58,068 bases of DNA. Source: Spirochaetales bacterium. Lineage in GTDB: Bacteria > Spirochaetota > Spirochaetia > JAFGDJ01. Below, piece after piece: positions 27,710 through 39,123 of this stretch. Under the pieces are notes generated by a model. The model ran no database searches, was not told where the DNA came from, and saw only the letters and a program-made list of their open reading frames with translations. Position 1 is the first letter of the stretch, and every line of letters begins with the position of its first letter. The stretch lies in the NCBI GenBank assembly GCA_016932135.1, contig JAFGDJ010000040.1:1-58068 (forward strand). Direction: 5' to 3'. Both the position numbers and the translations under genes were made by a program.

Positions 27710-30127
27710 ATGAGCAAATATCCTTTTACATCCATTGAAAAGAAATGGCAGGACTACTGGGAACGGGAAAAGACCTTTAAAGCCGTGGAAGATCCTTCGG
27801 TTCCCAAGGAAAAACGCCGATACGTCCTGGATATGTTTCCCTACCCATCCTCCCAGGGGCTGCACGTGGGCCATCCGGAAGGGTACACCGCCACGGATAT
27901 CTATTGCCGCTACCTGCGGATGAACGGTTTCTCCGTCCTCCACCCCATGGGGTTCGACGCCTTCGGCTTACCGGCGGAAAACTACGCCATAAAAACCGGC
28001 ACCCACCCGAGAATCTCCACGGAAGGAAACATCGACAAGTTCCGTGCCCAGATCAAGGCTTTGGGGTTCTCCTACGACTGGGACCGGGAGGTTTCCACCC
28101 ACACGGACGATTATTATAAGTGGACCCAGTGGATCTTCCTGCAGCTCTTTAAGAAGGGCCTGGCCTACGAAGCCGCAACTCCCATCAACTGGTGCCCTTC
28201 CTGCAAGACCGGCCTGGCCAACGAAGAGGTGAAAGACGGCTGCTGTGAACGCTGCGGTGAGCCGGTAACCCGGAAAAATATCAGGCAGTGGATCCTGAAA
28301 ATCACCGAATACGCCGAACGGCTGTTACAGGACCTGGACCTGCTCGACTGGCCCGAACCGATAAAGCTGATGCAGCGGAACTGGATAGGAAGAAGCGAGG
28401 GAGCCAACGTCACGTTTGCCCTGGAGAACCACGAGGACTCTCTTATGGTATTCACCACCCGGCCGGACACCCTTTTCGGTGCCACCTACATGGTGCTGGC
28501 CCCGGAACACCATCTGGTGAAAAAAATTACCACGGCGGAACACCGGCAGGCGGTAGAAGACTACATCGAACAGGCAAACCGAAAGTCGGACCTGGAACGG
28601 ACCGACCTGGCCAAGGAGAAAACCGGTGTGTTCACCGGAGCCTGCGCGATTAATCCGGTAAACGGGAAAAAGATCCCCATCTGGATCTCCGATTATATTC
28701 TTATCTCCTACGGTACCGGGGCCATCATGGCCGTACCGGCCCACGACGAACGGGACTTTGAGTTTGCCAAAAAATTTGATCTGCCCATCATCCAGGTGGT
28801 GTCCGAAGACGGCAGCCTCCATGACATGAAAGAAGCCTCTGCCGGGGACGGTATCGCCGTCAACTCGGGGGAATTCGACGGGCTGCCCACAAAGGAGTTC
28901 AAAAAGCGAATCATTGCCTGGCTATCCGAACGAGGCCTGGGCGAGGCGACGGTGAACTATAAACTCAGGGACTGGATTTTTTCCCGGCAGCGTTACTGGG
29001 GAGAGCCGATCCCCATTGTTCATTGCCCCGTCTGCGGTATCGTGCCGGTGCCGGAGAAGGATCTGCCCCTCCGGCTGCCGGAAGTTGAAAGTTATACCCC
29101 CACGGGAACCGGAGAATCCCCCTTGGCCGGCATTGAAGAGTGGGTCAACACCACCTGCCCCGTCTGCGGCGGACCAGCCAAGAGGGAAACCAACACCATG
29201 CCTCAATGGGCCGGTTCCTGCTGGTACTACCTCAGGTTTCTCGATCCAAAAAACGACGGCATATTCGTCTCCCAGGAAAGGCTGGCCTACTGGATGCCCG
29301 TGGACCTCTACGTAGGCGGGGCGGAACACGCGGTGCTTCATTTACTCTACGCCCGGTTTTGGCACAAGGTCCTTTACGACCTGGGTCACGTAAACACCCC
29401 GGAACCCTTCCTGAAACTGGTAAACCAGGGAATGATCCTCGGCGAGGGGGGGGTCAAGATGTCCAAATCCCTGGGGAACGTCATAAATCCCGATGAGATT
29501 ATTCAGGCTTACGGCGCCGATTCCATGCGGATGTACGAGATGTTCATGGGGCCCCTGGAAGTATCAAAACCCTGGTCAACCCGGGGCCTGGTGGGTGTCC
29601 ATCGCTTCCTGGACAGAATCTGGAGAATTGCCCTGCGCCCCTTAAGCGAGGAGAACCCGTCGGAAGACCTGGTGAAGCTGCTTCACAAAACCGTGAAAAA
29701 GGTAACCCATGACACCGCCGGTCTCGAGTTCAACACGGCCATCGCCCAGATGATGATCTTCATCAATGAGCTCTATAAAACGGAGACCAACTACCGGGAT
29801 ATGTGGGAAACCTTTACCCTTCTCTTAAGCCCCTACGCACCTCACCTGGGGGAGGAACTCTGGGAAAAGCTGGAGAAAAAACCTTCCGTTTCTCGGCAGT
29901 CCTGGCCTGCCTGGGATGAAGAGCTTACCCGGGAATCGGAAGTTACCGTGGTACTGCAGATAAACGGTAAAACCAGGGCGAAGGAAGATCTGCCGGCGGG
30001 TATATCGGAAAAAAGGATGAAGGAAATCGCCCTGAGTAACGGGAGGATCCGGGAACTCCTGGCTGGAAAAAAAGTCATCAAGATTATTACGGTCCCCGGA
30101 AAGCTGGTGAACCTTGTCGCGAAATAA
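27710..30127 (+). CDS. leuS: Leucyl-tRNA synthetase
   Basis: MFPYPS...LHVGH, FTTRPDT editing domain, [15 protein letters not shown]. Start at ATG27710 (MSKYPF). Confidence 0.98.
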   Translation: MSKYPFTSIEKKWQDYWEREKTFKAVEDPSVPKEKRRYVLDMFPYPSSQGLHVGHPEGYTATDIYCRYLRMNGFSVLHPMGFDAFGLPAENYAIKTGTHPRISTEGNIDKFRAQIKALGFSYDWDREVSTHTDDYYKWTQWIFLQLFKKGLAYEAATPINWCPSCKTGLANEEVKDGCCERCGEPVTRKNIRQWILKITEYAERLLQDLDLLDWPEPIKLMQRNWIGRSEGANVTFALENHEDSLMVFTTRPDTLFGATYMVLAPEHHLVKKITTAEHRQAVEDYIEQANRKSDLERTDLAKEKTGVFTGACAINPVNGKKIPIWISDYILISYGTGAIMAVPAHDERDFEFAKKFDLPIIQVVSEDGSLHDMKEASAGDGIAVNSGEFDGLPTKEFKKRIIAWLSERGLGEATVNYKLRDWIFSRQRYWGEPIPIVHCPVCGIVPVPEKDLPLRLPEVESYTPTGTGESPLAGIEEWVNTTCPVCGGPAKRETNTMPQWAGSCWYYLRFLDPKNDGIFVSQERLAYWMPVDLYVGGAEHAVLHLLYARFWHKVLYDLGHVNTPEPFLKLVNQGMILGEGGVKMSKSLGNVINPDEIIQAYGADSMRMYEMFMGPLEVSKPWSTRGLVGVHRFLDRIWRIALRPLSEENPSEDLVKLLHKTVKKVTHDTAGLEFNTAIAQMMIFINELYKTETNYRDMWETFTLLLSPYAPHLGEELWEKLEKKPSVSRQSWPAWDEELTRESEVTVVLQINGKTRAKEDLPAGISEKRMKEIALSNGRIRELLAGKKVIKIITVPGKLVNLVAK

Positions 30128-31241
30128 ATACGAAGAAAGACAGGCCGAGGTGGCGGAATGGCTCGCTGAAGCCGGGCTGGATGTCTTGGTCCTGGAAGAC
30201 ACGGAGGGGCGGCGCTGCTCCTCCGTGAGGTACCTCACCGGGTTACCCCAGGACGGAATACTCTTCATCTTCCGAAACGGCCGAACCGTTCTCAGCCCCT
30301 GGGATGTCATTCTGGCGAAACGGACCGCCTGGGCTTCGGATATCACAGCCCTCTCCGAGTTCGACAGAACCACCGAAAAAGTCCTGGCCGGTATCCTGGC
30401 CCGGGAAGGCTTCAGTCAAGGCAGCCGCCTGGAACTATCCCTTGCCACCCCCTACTCAGTCTTCATGAAACTTCAGAAAGCCTGTCCTGATGTCATCTTC
30501 TCCTGCCCGGAGAAAGGGATTGAAGCAAAGATTAAGGAACGCCGGGCCCTGAAGGACCCGGAAGAGCTGAGCTTTCTCCGGAAAGCCGCCGAGATAACCA
30601 ACGAGGTGCTGGTCCTGCTGGAGGAAAAGTTTAAAACGGGAGACCCGGTAACCGAATTGGACCTGGCTATGTTCATCGAGGCTGAGGGCCGCCAAAGGGG
30701 GGCCGAGGGGACCGGTTTCGAGACCCTGGCGGCCGGACCGGAACGAAGTTTCGGTATTCACGCCTTTCCCGCCTATACCAGGGGACCTCACGCCACGGAG
30801 GGTCTTTCCATCCTGGACTTCGGATTCCTGTACCAGGGATACACCAGCGACGTCACCATGACGGTTGCCCGGGGAAAACTCTCTCCGAAGCAGGAAAAAA
30901 TGATCAACCTGGTGCAGAAGGCCTATGACAATGCGGTGAAACAGGCGGTACCCGGGGCTCTGATCAGGGACATCTGCCGGAAAGTGGACAATACCTTCGC
31001 CGTCGAGGGCTTTTTTATGCCCCACTCCCTGGGCCACGGCATCGGCCTGGATGCCCATGAGGCACCGATGGTGTCCACCAGGGCCGACGAGAAGGCGGTT
31101 TTACAGCCGGGCATGGTCATTACCATCGAACCCGGGCTTTACGCCGCCGACACCGGTGGTGTCCGGCTGGAAAACGATCTGCTTATTACAGAAAACGGGT
31201 CGGAACTGCTGACTCGGTCCCGGATTCTGCGGCTTTCCTAG
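30114..31241 (+). CDS. Xaa-Pro aminopeptidase/dipeptidase (M24B)
   Basis: LDFG...[38 protein letters not shown] start is uncertain. Confidence 0.92.
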   Translation: MSRNKYEERQAEVAEWLAEAGLDVLVLEDTEGRRCSSVRYLTGLPQDGILFIFRNGRTVLSPWDVILAKRTAWASDITALSEFDRTTEKVLAGILAREGFSQGSRLELSLATPYSVFMKLQKACPDVIFSCPEKGIEAKIKERRALKDPEELSFLRKAAEITNEVLVLLEEKFKTGDPVTELDLAMFIEAEGRQRGAEGTGFETLAAGPERSFGIHAFPAYTRGPHATEGLSILDFGFLYQGYTSDVTMTVARGKLSPKQEKMINLVQKAYDNAVKQAVPGALIRDICRKVDNTFAVEGFFMPHSLGHGIGLDAHEAPMVSTRADEKAVLQPGMVITIEPGLYAADTGGVRLENDLLITENGSELLTRSRILRLS

Positions 31242-31972
31242 GGCCGGAACACCGCCGACCAGGAATCCCCCTTAATATACAGATCCAGAACGGTGTCTTC
31301 CTCCCGGGAATGAAAGCGGTGATACCCTTCCCACAGGTTAGTGAACTCCAGGTTACCCTCGGCATTGGTGGAGACCGGAGCCATAAAGGGATTATCCGGA
31401 ACCCAGGTTCCCTCCGGTGACGGGATGGTGGCGCTTTTATCTTCATAGGCCGACAGGGCATAAACGGAAAACTGCCCGTAGGAAAGAAAGCGAAGAGCTT
31501 TTTCCATATCCACCTTCCACGGGTTCCCTTCCCCCTCTCTGAACACCTCTGAAAAAAGACGATCCACATTCAAGGCTTCCACCACCTCCCAGGAAGGAGT
31601 GAGACGAAACAGCAGTAAGGCCGTCCATCCCTTTTCCCAGGAAAAGCACAGGCGTCCCCGATCATCCAGATCCCCGGGAATCACGGCGCCGGCGGGGAGA
31701 GTTCCCCCCGCGGGGTAAAGGAGAACCGGGAAGTTGGTTCTGCGGGGAAGGATGACGGACAGATCCTCCGGAAGGCCGGAGTAGACAACCTCTTCCATCG
31801 CGCCGGTATCCGTCCGAAAGACCAGGCGAAACCCGTTATCCCAGGACCGGTGTTCCCAGGCCTGAGGCCACGGAGGCAGGCAATAAGAAAGACTGAGATC
31901 TTCCCGAAAGAAAGAACAGCCGGAGAAGAGTCGAAGCATCAGGAGAATGGAAAGAAAAATCGGTCTTTTCAT
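31238..31972 (-). CDS. Hypothetical lipoprotein
   Basis: MKRPIFLSILLMLRLFSGC lipobox; Trp/Pro-rich; no family recognised. Confidence 0.65.
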   Translation of the reverse strand: MKRPIFLSILLMLRLFSGCSFFREDLSLSYCLPPWPQAWEHRSWDNGFRLVFRTDTGAMEEVVYSGLPEDLSVILPRRTNFPVLLYPAGGTLPAGAVIPGDLDDRGRLCFSWEKGWTALLLFRLTPSWEVVEALNVDRLFSEVFREGEGNPWKVDMEKALRFLSYGQFSVYALSAYEDKSATIPSPEGTWVPDNPFMAPVSTNAEGNLEFTNLWEGYHRFHSREEDTVLDLYIKGDSWSAVFRP

Positions 31973-31992
31973 AAAAGACGTATACGGGCTCT

Positions 31993-32523
31993 TCAGGGGG
32001 AATGCTTCAATTGTGAACAAAGAATCGTTCGGATTTCCGAGAGAATTGTTTTGTAGCCTTCGGTCCGATAGTCGGGATAGGTCCAGGGCAGGTCATGGAA
32101 AGCTCCCTTTCGGTACAACAAGGTTATCTCACCGTAGATTCCGTCTGAAAGGGGTATGCGATGGCTGTGGTTTTTCGTTGTAGCGAGAATCAGCGAATGG
32201 AGGGTTAAAACCCCCGGGTCCAGGTTGACTCCCCGTCCCCCGGGGGAAGGAAAACGCTCTTCGGCACGGTTGGAAAGGATTTTGTACTCCCAGAGCCGGG
32301 AGGGGCAGATAAGATCTTGAAAGGAAACGAAACAACGGGAGAGACCGGAACCCATCTCACCGGTATAATAATCGGTAAAAGTGAAAGGGATGGCGTCGCT
32401 CCAAAAATCTATCGGCCCGAAAGCCTCTGCCAGTACAGGTCTGAATGTCTCGGGGGGATATTCGGGGGCATAAAGCACCCCCAGAATAAGTTTCGCCGGA
32501 GGAAAAGGTTCCCTTTCACCCAT
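31993..32523 (-). CDS. DUF4416-family protein
   Basis: FTFTDYY..EMG, RGVNLDPG, LATTKNHSHRIPL..GIYGEITL, PWTYPDY; SD GAGGA before ATG32523. Confidence 0.85.
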   Translation of the reverse strand: MGEREPFPPAKLILGVLYAPEYPPETFRPVLAEAFGPIDFWSDAIPFTFTDYYTGEMGSGLSRCFVSFQDLICPSRLWEYKILSNRAEERFPSPGGRGVNLDPGVLTLHSLILATTKNHSHRIPLSDGIYGEITLLYRKGAFHDLPWTYPDYRTEGYKTILSEIRTILCSQLKHSP

Positions 32524-32552
32524 AGTTCCGTCCTCTTCACCAGGGAAAAGCG

Positions 32553-32581
32553 TTGCGTGATCATCAATTTTATCCCATAAT
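32553..32581 (+). promoter_or_regulatory. sigma70-type promoter (near-leaderless)
   Basis: TTGCGT, 17 nt, CATAAT, 9 nt, ATG32591. Confidence 0.45.
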
Positions 32582-32590
32582 ACCTGGTAT

Positions 32591-34009
32591 ATGGAAGATA
32601 CGAACACCTATCTGGAAACTCTGGAAGCGGCTCTGGAAAAAAAATACAGCGACCTGGAAAACCGCTGTATCCGCGTTCTCAAGGAATCCTTTCGAAAATA
32701 TCACCAGGCCTTTAAAAATTATTATGACCTCTTGGTCAGAAAGGCTCTTATTGCGGAAGACCCCTATAAATTCGAACTCAAGGTGTCTTCCCTGGAGGTT
32801 CCCCCCAAGGGTCCAATCTCAGATTCGGAAAAGACCGTAGAAATGGGGAAGCGCCTCTCGGCTTTCGAGATTCAGCTCGATTTTCTGAATAACTATTATC
32901 AATTTAAAACCGAGGAACTGGACCTCAAGCAGATTAAAATCCTCGCCGGTTTATGCCAGTACATCCTCTGGGACCGGATGTCCCCGGGCAGCAATAGTCT
33001 CAACACCCGGGTGCTTGCCGATCTTTCCGAGAAGGTAAAACAGGGGAACGACTCCCTTTCCTCCGGTATCCTTTCAGACGGCGAAAAACAGATGGCGGAA
33101 GCCTCCAGGGAAATTATGGCGTCCCTGAAGGAGATCATGTTCTACCATAAACAATATTATAAGATTCTCCTGCGAAAAACCGTATTCCCCGCCGCTAAGA
33201 TCGACACTTTAATGGTGGAATCCTATCGGGATGAGGCCTTTAAAAAGGTTAAACACGCCTTCGCCGAAACCCTGCGAAACGAAGCCTTCTATCCCGAGTT
33301 GGTTCAGGAGGTCCTGGACGAAGACTATACCCCGTCGGGGGCCACCCTGAAAAACGATATTCTGACCCACCTGGCGGTCGAGGCAAAGGAGAAACCCAAA
33401 CGGCAGGGGGTAGACTACCGGTCTATCCTGATGGACGCGGTAAAAGCCCTTGGCATGGCGGGGCCGTCCCTTTACAACGCCGGTCTGAAAGCCAACGATA
33501 ATCTTGTTCTCCTTCAATCCAAGAAAATCTCCATATCCGAGCGTTTCCGCCTCTGGCTGCAACGGGTTGTTCAGAAAACCGAAGAATCCATGGTCTACGA
33601 CATCGAGTATTTTGATGAAAAGACCTCTTCATCAAAAACCATGAAACTGGATATAAAAAAATTCCTTGAGAAAACCCTTTCCCGGGGAAAACTGCTCCAG
33701 TCGGTTTCGAATAAAATGTCTCCCCGGTATCAAAAACTGGAAAACGCCGACGAAGGGGATGTCTATTCATTTCTGGAAAAACAGATTATGGAAGTTCAGA
33801 CGATCCTTCATACCTTAACGGCCCTGGATACTTTTTTTAAAACCGAGGTGCAGCGGGACCAGCGAAAACAGGTAAAAGGGTTAAAACTGGAAATAACCGC
33901 CATAAAAAACAACCTGCTGAAAGCAAACCAGAAACGTTATGAATATGTCTCCCGGAAGGAGGAGATGGAGCAGTTAAAAAAACTGGGGATCAATATAAAC
34001 GATGATTAA
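32591..34009 (+). CDS. Conserved all-helical hypothetical protein (spirochaete-type)
   Basis: 472 aa, Lys/Glu/Leu-rich, no signal peptide or TM; motifs EDPYKFE, FYPELVQEVL, KANQKRYEY. Confidence 0.8.
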   Translation: MEDTNTYLETLEAALEKKYSDLENRCIRVLKESFRKYHQAFKNYYDLLVRKALIAEDPYKFELKVSSLEVPPKGPISDSEKTVEMGKRLSAFEIQLDFLNNYYQFKTEELDLKQIKILAGLCQYILWDRMSPGSNSLNTRVLADLSEKVKQGNDSLSSGILSDGEKQMAEASREIMASLKEIMFYHKQYYKILLRKTVFPAAKIDTLMVESYRDEAFKKVKHAFAETLRNEAFYPELVQEVLDEDYTPSGATLKNDILTHLAVEAKEKPKRQGVDYRSILMDAVKALGMAGPSLYNAGLKANDNLVLLQSKKISISERFRLWLQRVVQKTEESMVYDIEYFDEKTSSSKTMKLDIKKFLEKTLSRGKLLQSVSNKMSPRYQKLENADEGDVYSFLEKQIMEVQTILHTLTALDTFFKTEVQRDQRKQVKGLKLEITAIKNNLLKANQKRYEYVSRKEEMEQLKKLGININDD

Positions 34010-34015
34010 GGGGAA

Positions 34016-35911
34016 TCACACCCCACCCTGCCTGTACCAGCCGAGAATACGAAAATCCTCAACCCCTTCTTTCAGCTTCTCCGCTGCCTGAGTAAACCGA
34101 TCCACCTTACCGGTGATGTCCAGGTCGATATAAAACATATATTGCCAGGGACGTCCGTGAATTGGTCGGGATTCCAGTTTCTTCATATTCAAATCCCGGT
34201 TTACCAGCTCTGAAAGACAATGAAACAGAGCCCCCGGTTTGTCCACCGCGGAAAAGACAAAGGATACTTTATTAATTTCCTCCGGAGTGGGTTCTTCCAG
34301 ACGGGAACAGATAAAAAACCGGGTGTAGTTATTGGGATTCGTCTCCAGGCCTTCCTTCAGAACGGCCATCCCATACACGGCGGCAGCCTTCTCACCGGCG
34401 ATGGCTGCCCAATCCTCCCGGTTTTCAGCAGCCACATGGGCCACCGACCCGGCGGTATCATAAAATGGCACCCGTTCCAAACCGGGATATTTGTCCAGGA
34501 AAGCGGCACATTGAGCCAACCCCTGGGGGTGAGAAAAGACCCGCTTTAGTTTTTCGATCTTCGTCCCTTTTTTCCCGATGAGGTTGTGGACAATGCGAAG
34601 GGTTTTTTCCCCGACAATTTTGATATCCGGATAGCGTAATAAAAGGTCGTAGTTCTCATGGATCGATCCGGTGAGGCTGTTTTCAATGGGCAGGATGCCG
34701 TACCTGGCTTTTCCATCCAGCACCGCGCGAAACACTTCCTCGAAGGAGCCGCAGGGGAAGATGTCATGATCAATATGAAAGAAATAACGCTCCAGAGCCT
34801 CCTCGCTGTACGCGCCGGGCTCCCCCTGAAAAGCCACTACCGTTTTTCCTCCGGTAAAAGCCTTATCCACCGCCCACAGGGGATGTTTTTCCGGAAGATG
34901 CTCGATTTCCTTTCCGATAACCGGAGAAAGGGCTTCCAGGTCACGCATGAGTTTTTCAAACTGCTCGGGATATAATGACTGAGGTCCGTCTGAAAGCGCG
35001 TGTTCAGGATCGGTATGAACCTCTACTATTAAACCGTCAGCCCCCGCCGCGATTCCCGCCAAAGCCATGGGAGGGACCTTTTCCCTGATTCCCGTGGCGT
35101 GACTGGGATCGACGATCACCGGCAGGTGGCTGAGCTTTTTAATCACCGGGATAGCCGAAAGATCCAGGGTGTTCCGGGTGTAGGTCTCAAAGGTCCTGAT
35201 GCCCCGTTCACAAAGAATCACATCTTCGGTGCCGTGGGCCAGAAGGTACTCCGCCGCCATGAGCCATTCCTCAATCTTGGCGGCCATTCCCCGTTTTAGG
35301 ATAACCGGCAACCCCGCGGCGCCTACTTTTTTCAGTAATTCGAAATTCTGCATGTTCCTGGCGCCGATCTGAAAGACATGGACATAACCGGCCGCCATTT
35401 CCACGGTTTCCGTGGCCACAACTTCCGAAACCACCGGAAGACCTACGGCGTCTCCCGCCTCCCGGAGGTACTGTAGTCCCTCTTCACCCAACCCCTGGAA
35501 GTCATAGGGGCTCGTCCTGGGCTTAAAGGCGCCGCCCCGGAGCATTACCGCGCCTGAAGCTCTCACGGTTTCGGCGATTCGCATCATCTGATCCCGGGAT
35601 TCCACCGCGCAAGGGCCGGCAGCCACGGCAACCCGGCGCCCGCCTATCCTTACCGGACCGAGAGAGATCACGGTGTCTTCCTTTTTCAACTCCCGGGAGG
35701 CAAGCTTATAAGGTTTAGAGATGGGGATAACCCTCTCCACTCCGGGAAGAACCTCCACTTCCCGGGCGTCCATACCGATTAGACCGACGGCGCCCAGAAC
35801 GGTTTCCGCTTCCCCGACGATTTCCCGGATTTTATACCCCTTTCCTTCAAGAAAGGTGATAACACCTTGTTTTTCTTCGGGGTGAATAGATTGTGAAAGC
35901 ACGATTATCAT
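34016..35911 (-). CDS. aroF: Fusion of class I-beta DAHP synthase (with N-terminal ferredoxin-like regulatory domain) and prephenate dehydratase-ACT
   Basis: AGPCAVES, RGGAFKPRTSPY, CERGIRTFE, VDPSH; then VAFQGEPGAYSE, PIENSLTG, SHPQ, NYTRF, LESRP. Confidence 0.93.
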   Translation of the reverse strand: MIIVLSQSIHPEEKQGVITFLEGKGYKIREIVGEAETVLGAVGLIGMDAREVEVLPGVERVIPISKPYKLASRELKKEDTVISLGPVRIGGRRVAVAAGPCAVESRDQMMRIAETVRASGAVMLRGGAFKPRTSPYDFQGLGEEGLQYLREAGDAVGLPVVSEVVATETVEMAAGYVHVFQIGARNMQNFELLKKVGAAGLPVILKRGMAAKIEEWLMAAEYLLAHGTEDVILCERGIRTFETYTRNTLDLSAIPVIKKLSHLPVIVDPSHATGIREKVPPMALAGIAAGADGLIVEVHTDPEHALSDGPQSLYPEQFEKLMRDLEALSPVIGKEIEHLPEKHPLWAVDKAFTGGKTVVAFQGEPGAYSEEALERYFFHIDHDIFPCGSFEEVFRAVLDGKARYGILPIENSLTGSIHENYDLLLRYPDIKIVGEKTLRIVHNLIGKKGTKIEKLKRVFSHPQGLAQCAAFLDKYPGLERVPFYDTAGSVAHVAAENREDWAAIAGEKAAAVYGMAVLKEGLETNPNNYTRFFICSRLEEPTPEEINKVSFVFSAVDKPGALFHCLSELVNRDLNMKKLESRPIHGRPWQYMFYIDLDITGKVDRFTQAAEKLKEGVEDFRILGWYRQGGV

Positions 35912-35917
35912 GGTGTG

Positions 35918-36628
35918 CTATTGTACGGATTTCATGTAAGGTTGTACAGCTTTCACCAGACGCGGTTTATCAGATTCCCTTTCCTCCGGGGAGTTTTTCT
36001 TGAACTCCGCGAGAAATTTTTCTTCCATGGCCTCACGAAAGGTAATAATCCGGGAAATATACTCCAGGGTAGAAACAGGAGCGCCCTGGGTCTTTACCCG
36101 TTGATGTCCGGCGTTGTACATGGCCAGGGCTACCAGCTCATTTTCCCCGGTATCAAGACAATAACGAAGGTACCGGATACCCTGCAGAACATTGACCTCC
36201 ACCGAAAAGAAGTCTTCTACCGCCAGATCCGGGAAGGAATTGGAATTCAGTTGAAACAACCCCCTGTCCAGGGAGTTTTCATTGACATTCACCGCCCGGG
36301 GATTATATCCGCTTTCCGCCTTGCAAAGGGAAAAAGCCAGGGAAAGGGGAATGTCATATTCCTCCGCAGCCTGAAGAATAGTCTCCGCGATAATTCGCTT
36401 TCCGGTTTCAGCGGTATAAAAGGTGACCACACTGTTTCGGGTATCGGGATTCCTGTAAAAGAAAAGACCCGGATCACCTTCAATAACCGGTTCTACCAGG
36501 GGCTGTTTTTCCAGGCTGAAGAACTCTTCCGATTTATAGGAAGAGCTCACTTCATTCCGCCCGGAAACCGTACAGGCGAAGAACAAGGGAAGGGCCACAA
36601 TGAGATAAATTTTAGCTTTACGAGTCAT
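35918..36628 (-). CDS. Small SLT-domain lytic transglycosylase, probable lipoprotein
   Basis: LFFAC lipobox; AESGYNPRAVN, DRGLFQLN, ALAMYNAG. Confidence 0.85.
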   Translation of the reverse strand: MTRKAKIYLIVALPLFFACTVSGRNEVSSSYKSEEFFSLEKQPLVEPVIEGDPGLFFYRNPDTRNSVVTFYTAETGKRIIAETILQAAEEYDIPLSLAFSLCKAESGYNPRAVNVNENSLDRGLFQLNSNSFPDLAVEDFFSVEVNVLQGIRYLRYCLDTGENELVALAMYNAGHQRVKTQGAPVSTLEYISRIITFREAMEEKFLAEFKKNSPEERESDKPRLVKAVQPYMKSVQ

Positions 36629-36725
36629 ATTCTTATTCCTAGGGATTTTTATCCTGCTATTCTCTCTGAATTTGAGAGATTTTGCATAAATTGGAAAAAA
36701 CGTCAACCCCTCAATCAGCTCTTGG

Positions 36726-36754
36726 TTGACATCGGAACAATCACTCAGTATGCT
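36726..36754 (+). promoter_or_regulatory. sigma70-type promoter of the MMPL gene
   Basis: TTGACA, 17 nt, TATGCT. Confidence 0.55.
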
Positions 36755-36789
36755 ATTCTTCAAAGGTAAAGAGGCTGCGGTGTGACAAC

Positions 36790-39114
36790 ATGAAGACATC
36801 CCGAGTTGAAAAGCTGCTTCTTTTTTCAACCAGGCATTTTAAAAGTATTTTCCTGGCGGTTCTGGTAGTTACTCTTGTCCTGGGCATCTTCGCCTTTAAG
36901 TTGAAAATCAACGCCGATGTGGAAAGTCTCATTGCCGAGGGAGACATACCCGAAGGGTTCTCCGAAAAAGCCTTTCTTAATTCCGACTACCTGATCCTGG
37001 CCTTCTACGGAAAGAACCTCTACGATGTCCGGCTTATGAGCCGTCTGGCACCTTACCTGGACACCCTGGCCTCTCTGGAACATATCGGAACCCCCATAAC
37101 GCCTTTTAACCAGTATACCTTTGAAAAAAGGGGCGCCCAGCTTCGAATTGTCCGCTTCTCTCCCACCGGGGAGATTCCAAAGACCGCGGAAGAAATGAAA
37201 GTTTTTCAGGAAAGAATTCTCACCGACCGAACCGTACGAGGACTCCTGGTGTCTGAAGACGGCAGGGTTCTCTGTTTTCTCTACCCCTACAAACCCATGG
37301 AAGATTACGCCGCTTTTATGGACACCCTGGATCCCCTGATAGATGAAATGAGAAAAATCACCCGGGTATACGTTTCCGGCCCCCTGCCCTTCGAAAAGGC
37401 CGTGAGAGACCGCTTGCTGGGAGATTTTTCCCGGCTCATTCTTCTGAGTCTGGCGGTAATCCTGATTATCCTCTATACGGGGTTTAAATCCTTCAGAATA
37501 ACCATTATGCCCCTGGGGATCGTCATTACAGGTACTATCTGGACCTTGGGCCTGATGTCGCTCTTGAGAATTCCCCTATCCGTAATCAGCATCATGACGC
37601 CCCCCCTGGTTCTGACCCTGGGAACATCTTATACCATCCATATTCTGAACCAGTACTTTCGGGACCTGGACCATACCGTCGATTCGAACCAACCCATCAC
37701 CGGGTCGGTCTTTTCAGTGGGACGAACCATTGTTATGGCCGCCGCGACAACCATTATCGGTTTTTTCAGCCTGCTGGTCACTCAGTTGGAACAAACCCGG
37801 GATTTCGGCCTGGCCACAAGTTTGGGGATTTTTTCCTGTGCCGTCCTTTCAATCTTTCTCCTTCCCGGGTTGTTATCTCGTATCCGAAAACCTTCGAAGA
37901 AACAGCAGAACCTGGTTACTTCCGGCCCGCTGGTTCAGTTTCTCGACGCCCTGGGGTCCTTTGCCGCGCGAAACAAACGGTGGGTTCTTCTCAGCCTGGC
38001 GGCCTTCCCCCTGCTTTTCGTTTTTTCCCTGAGACACATCAACTACGATTCCAACTACCTGGGCTACTTTCCAAAAAAGGAACGGGTAGTTCGGGATTTT
38101 TACTTTATTGCCGAACACTTGAGCGGTATTAACCAGGTGCAGGTGACGTTGCAGGGGCCTTCGGAGGAAGAAGGCTATTTTCTCAAGCCCGAAGTTTTAA
38201 GGGATGTCTCCGCCTTCGAGGACACCCTGCGGGATGAAGCCGTTGTCAGTTATCTTATATCGTTCCCCTCGTATATCAGGGAAATAAACCGCCTGGCTAC
38301 AGGAGAGGATGAAATTCCCACCACCCGGGGGCTGATTCTTCTATTGTCCCGTTATTTTACAACCCTGGCGAAAAGCGACGGTTCCCAGAACATGCTCTCG
38401 GTCATGGCTAACGAAGATTTTACCCAGCTTGTCTGCACCTTTCGCACCTTTGACAAGGAGCACCATCGTTTTGAATCGGAAAAGGAAATGCAGCAAATCA
38501 TTCAGCGAGCCGGACACAATGCCGAGAGGCTTCTTCCGTCCGAGATAAGGGTGAGCTTTTCAGGGGGGAGCCTTCGTTACACCGAATTGTACGAACAAAC
38601 CCGGGAAGACCAGCTGAAGTCAACAATACTTGCTTTGGTTTTTATTTTTATCATTACATCGTTTTTCTTTCGATCCCCCTTATACGGCCTGTTAAGCCTT
38701 CTCCCCATGGTTTCCGGTATTACAGCCCTGTATATCTTCATGGCCCTGACCGCGATTCCCTTGGATATGACCACCCTCATGGTCTCCAGCGTGGCCATCG
38801 GTATTGGTGTGGACGACTCCATTCATTTTTTACTGCAGTATAGAAAACAAAGAAAACAGATTTCTTCCGAAGATCCTGTGCGAAGAACCCTGCATATTAC
38901 CGGGCGGCCCATCGTACTGACCAGCGTATCCATTATGGGGGGCATTCTCATCCTGGTTTTGTCCGGATTCAAACCCATCGTTTATTTCGGTGTCTTAGTA
39001 TCTTTCACCCTGCTGGCTACAACTCTAGGGTGCATCCTGATCCTGCCGGTTATTCTGAATCTTCTGCATCCCCCTGAGACGGGAAACCTTGACCACCGAA
39101 AGAAAAACCATTAG
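36790..39114 (+). CDS. MMPL/RND-superfamily (putative lipid) transporter
   Basis: Duplicated 1+5 TM halves; GIGVDDSIHF, TGRPIVLTS, VGRTIVMAAATTIIGF. Confidence 0.9.
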   Translation: MKTSRVEKLLLFSTRHFKSIFLAVLVVTLVLGIFAFKLKINADVESLIAEGDIPEGFSEKAFLNSDYLILAFYGKNLYDVRLMSRLAPYLDTLASLEHIGTPITPFNQYTFEKRGAQLRIVRFSPTGEIPKTAEEMKVFQERILTDRTVRGLLVSEDGRVLCFLYPYKPMEDYAAFMDTLDPLIDEMRKITRVYVSGPLPFEKAVRDRLLGDFSRLILLSLAVILIILYTGFKSFRITIMPLGIVITGTIWTLGLMSLLRIPLSVISIMTPPLVLTLGTSYTIHILNQYFRDLDHTVDSNQPITGSVFSVGRTIVMAAATTIIGFFSLLVTQLEQTRDFGLATSLGIFSCAVLSIFLLPGLLSRIRKPSKKQQNLVTSGPLVQFLDALGSFAARNKRWVLLSLAAFPLLFVFSLRHINYDSNYLGYFPKKERVVRDFYFIAEHLSGINQVQVTLQGPSEEEGYFLKPEVLRDVSAFEDTLRDEAVVSYLISFPSYIREINRLATGEDEIPTTRGLILLLSRYFTTLAKSDGSQNMLSVMANEDFTQLVCTFRTFDKEHHRFESEKEMQQIIQRAGHNAERLLPSEIRVSFSGGSLRYTELYEQTREDQLKSTILALVFIFIITSFFFRSPLYGLLSLLPMVSGITALYIFMALTAIPLDMTTLMVSSVAIGIGVDDSIHFLLQYRKQRKQISSEDPVRRTLHITGRPIVLTSVSIMGGILILVLSGFKPIVYFGVLVSFTLLATTLGCILILPVILNLLHPPETGNLDHRKKNH

Positions 39115-39117
39115 TTT
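39089..39117 (+). promoter_or_regulatory. Internal sigma70-type promoter overlapping the MMPL 3' end (leaderless geometry)
   Basis: TTGACC(39089-39094), 17 nt, TAGTTT(39112-39117), 6 nt, ATG39124. Confidence 0.45.
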
Positions 39118-39123
39118 TAGCCT

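Noticed and set aside
36640-36680. Two small inverted repeats in the leader of the small SLT gene
   Set aside because: Stems of only 5-6 bp and no recognisable riboswitch motif.
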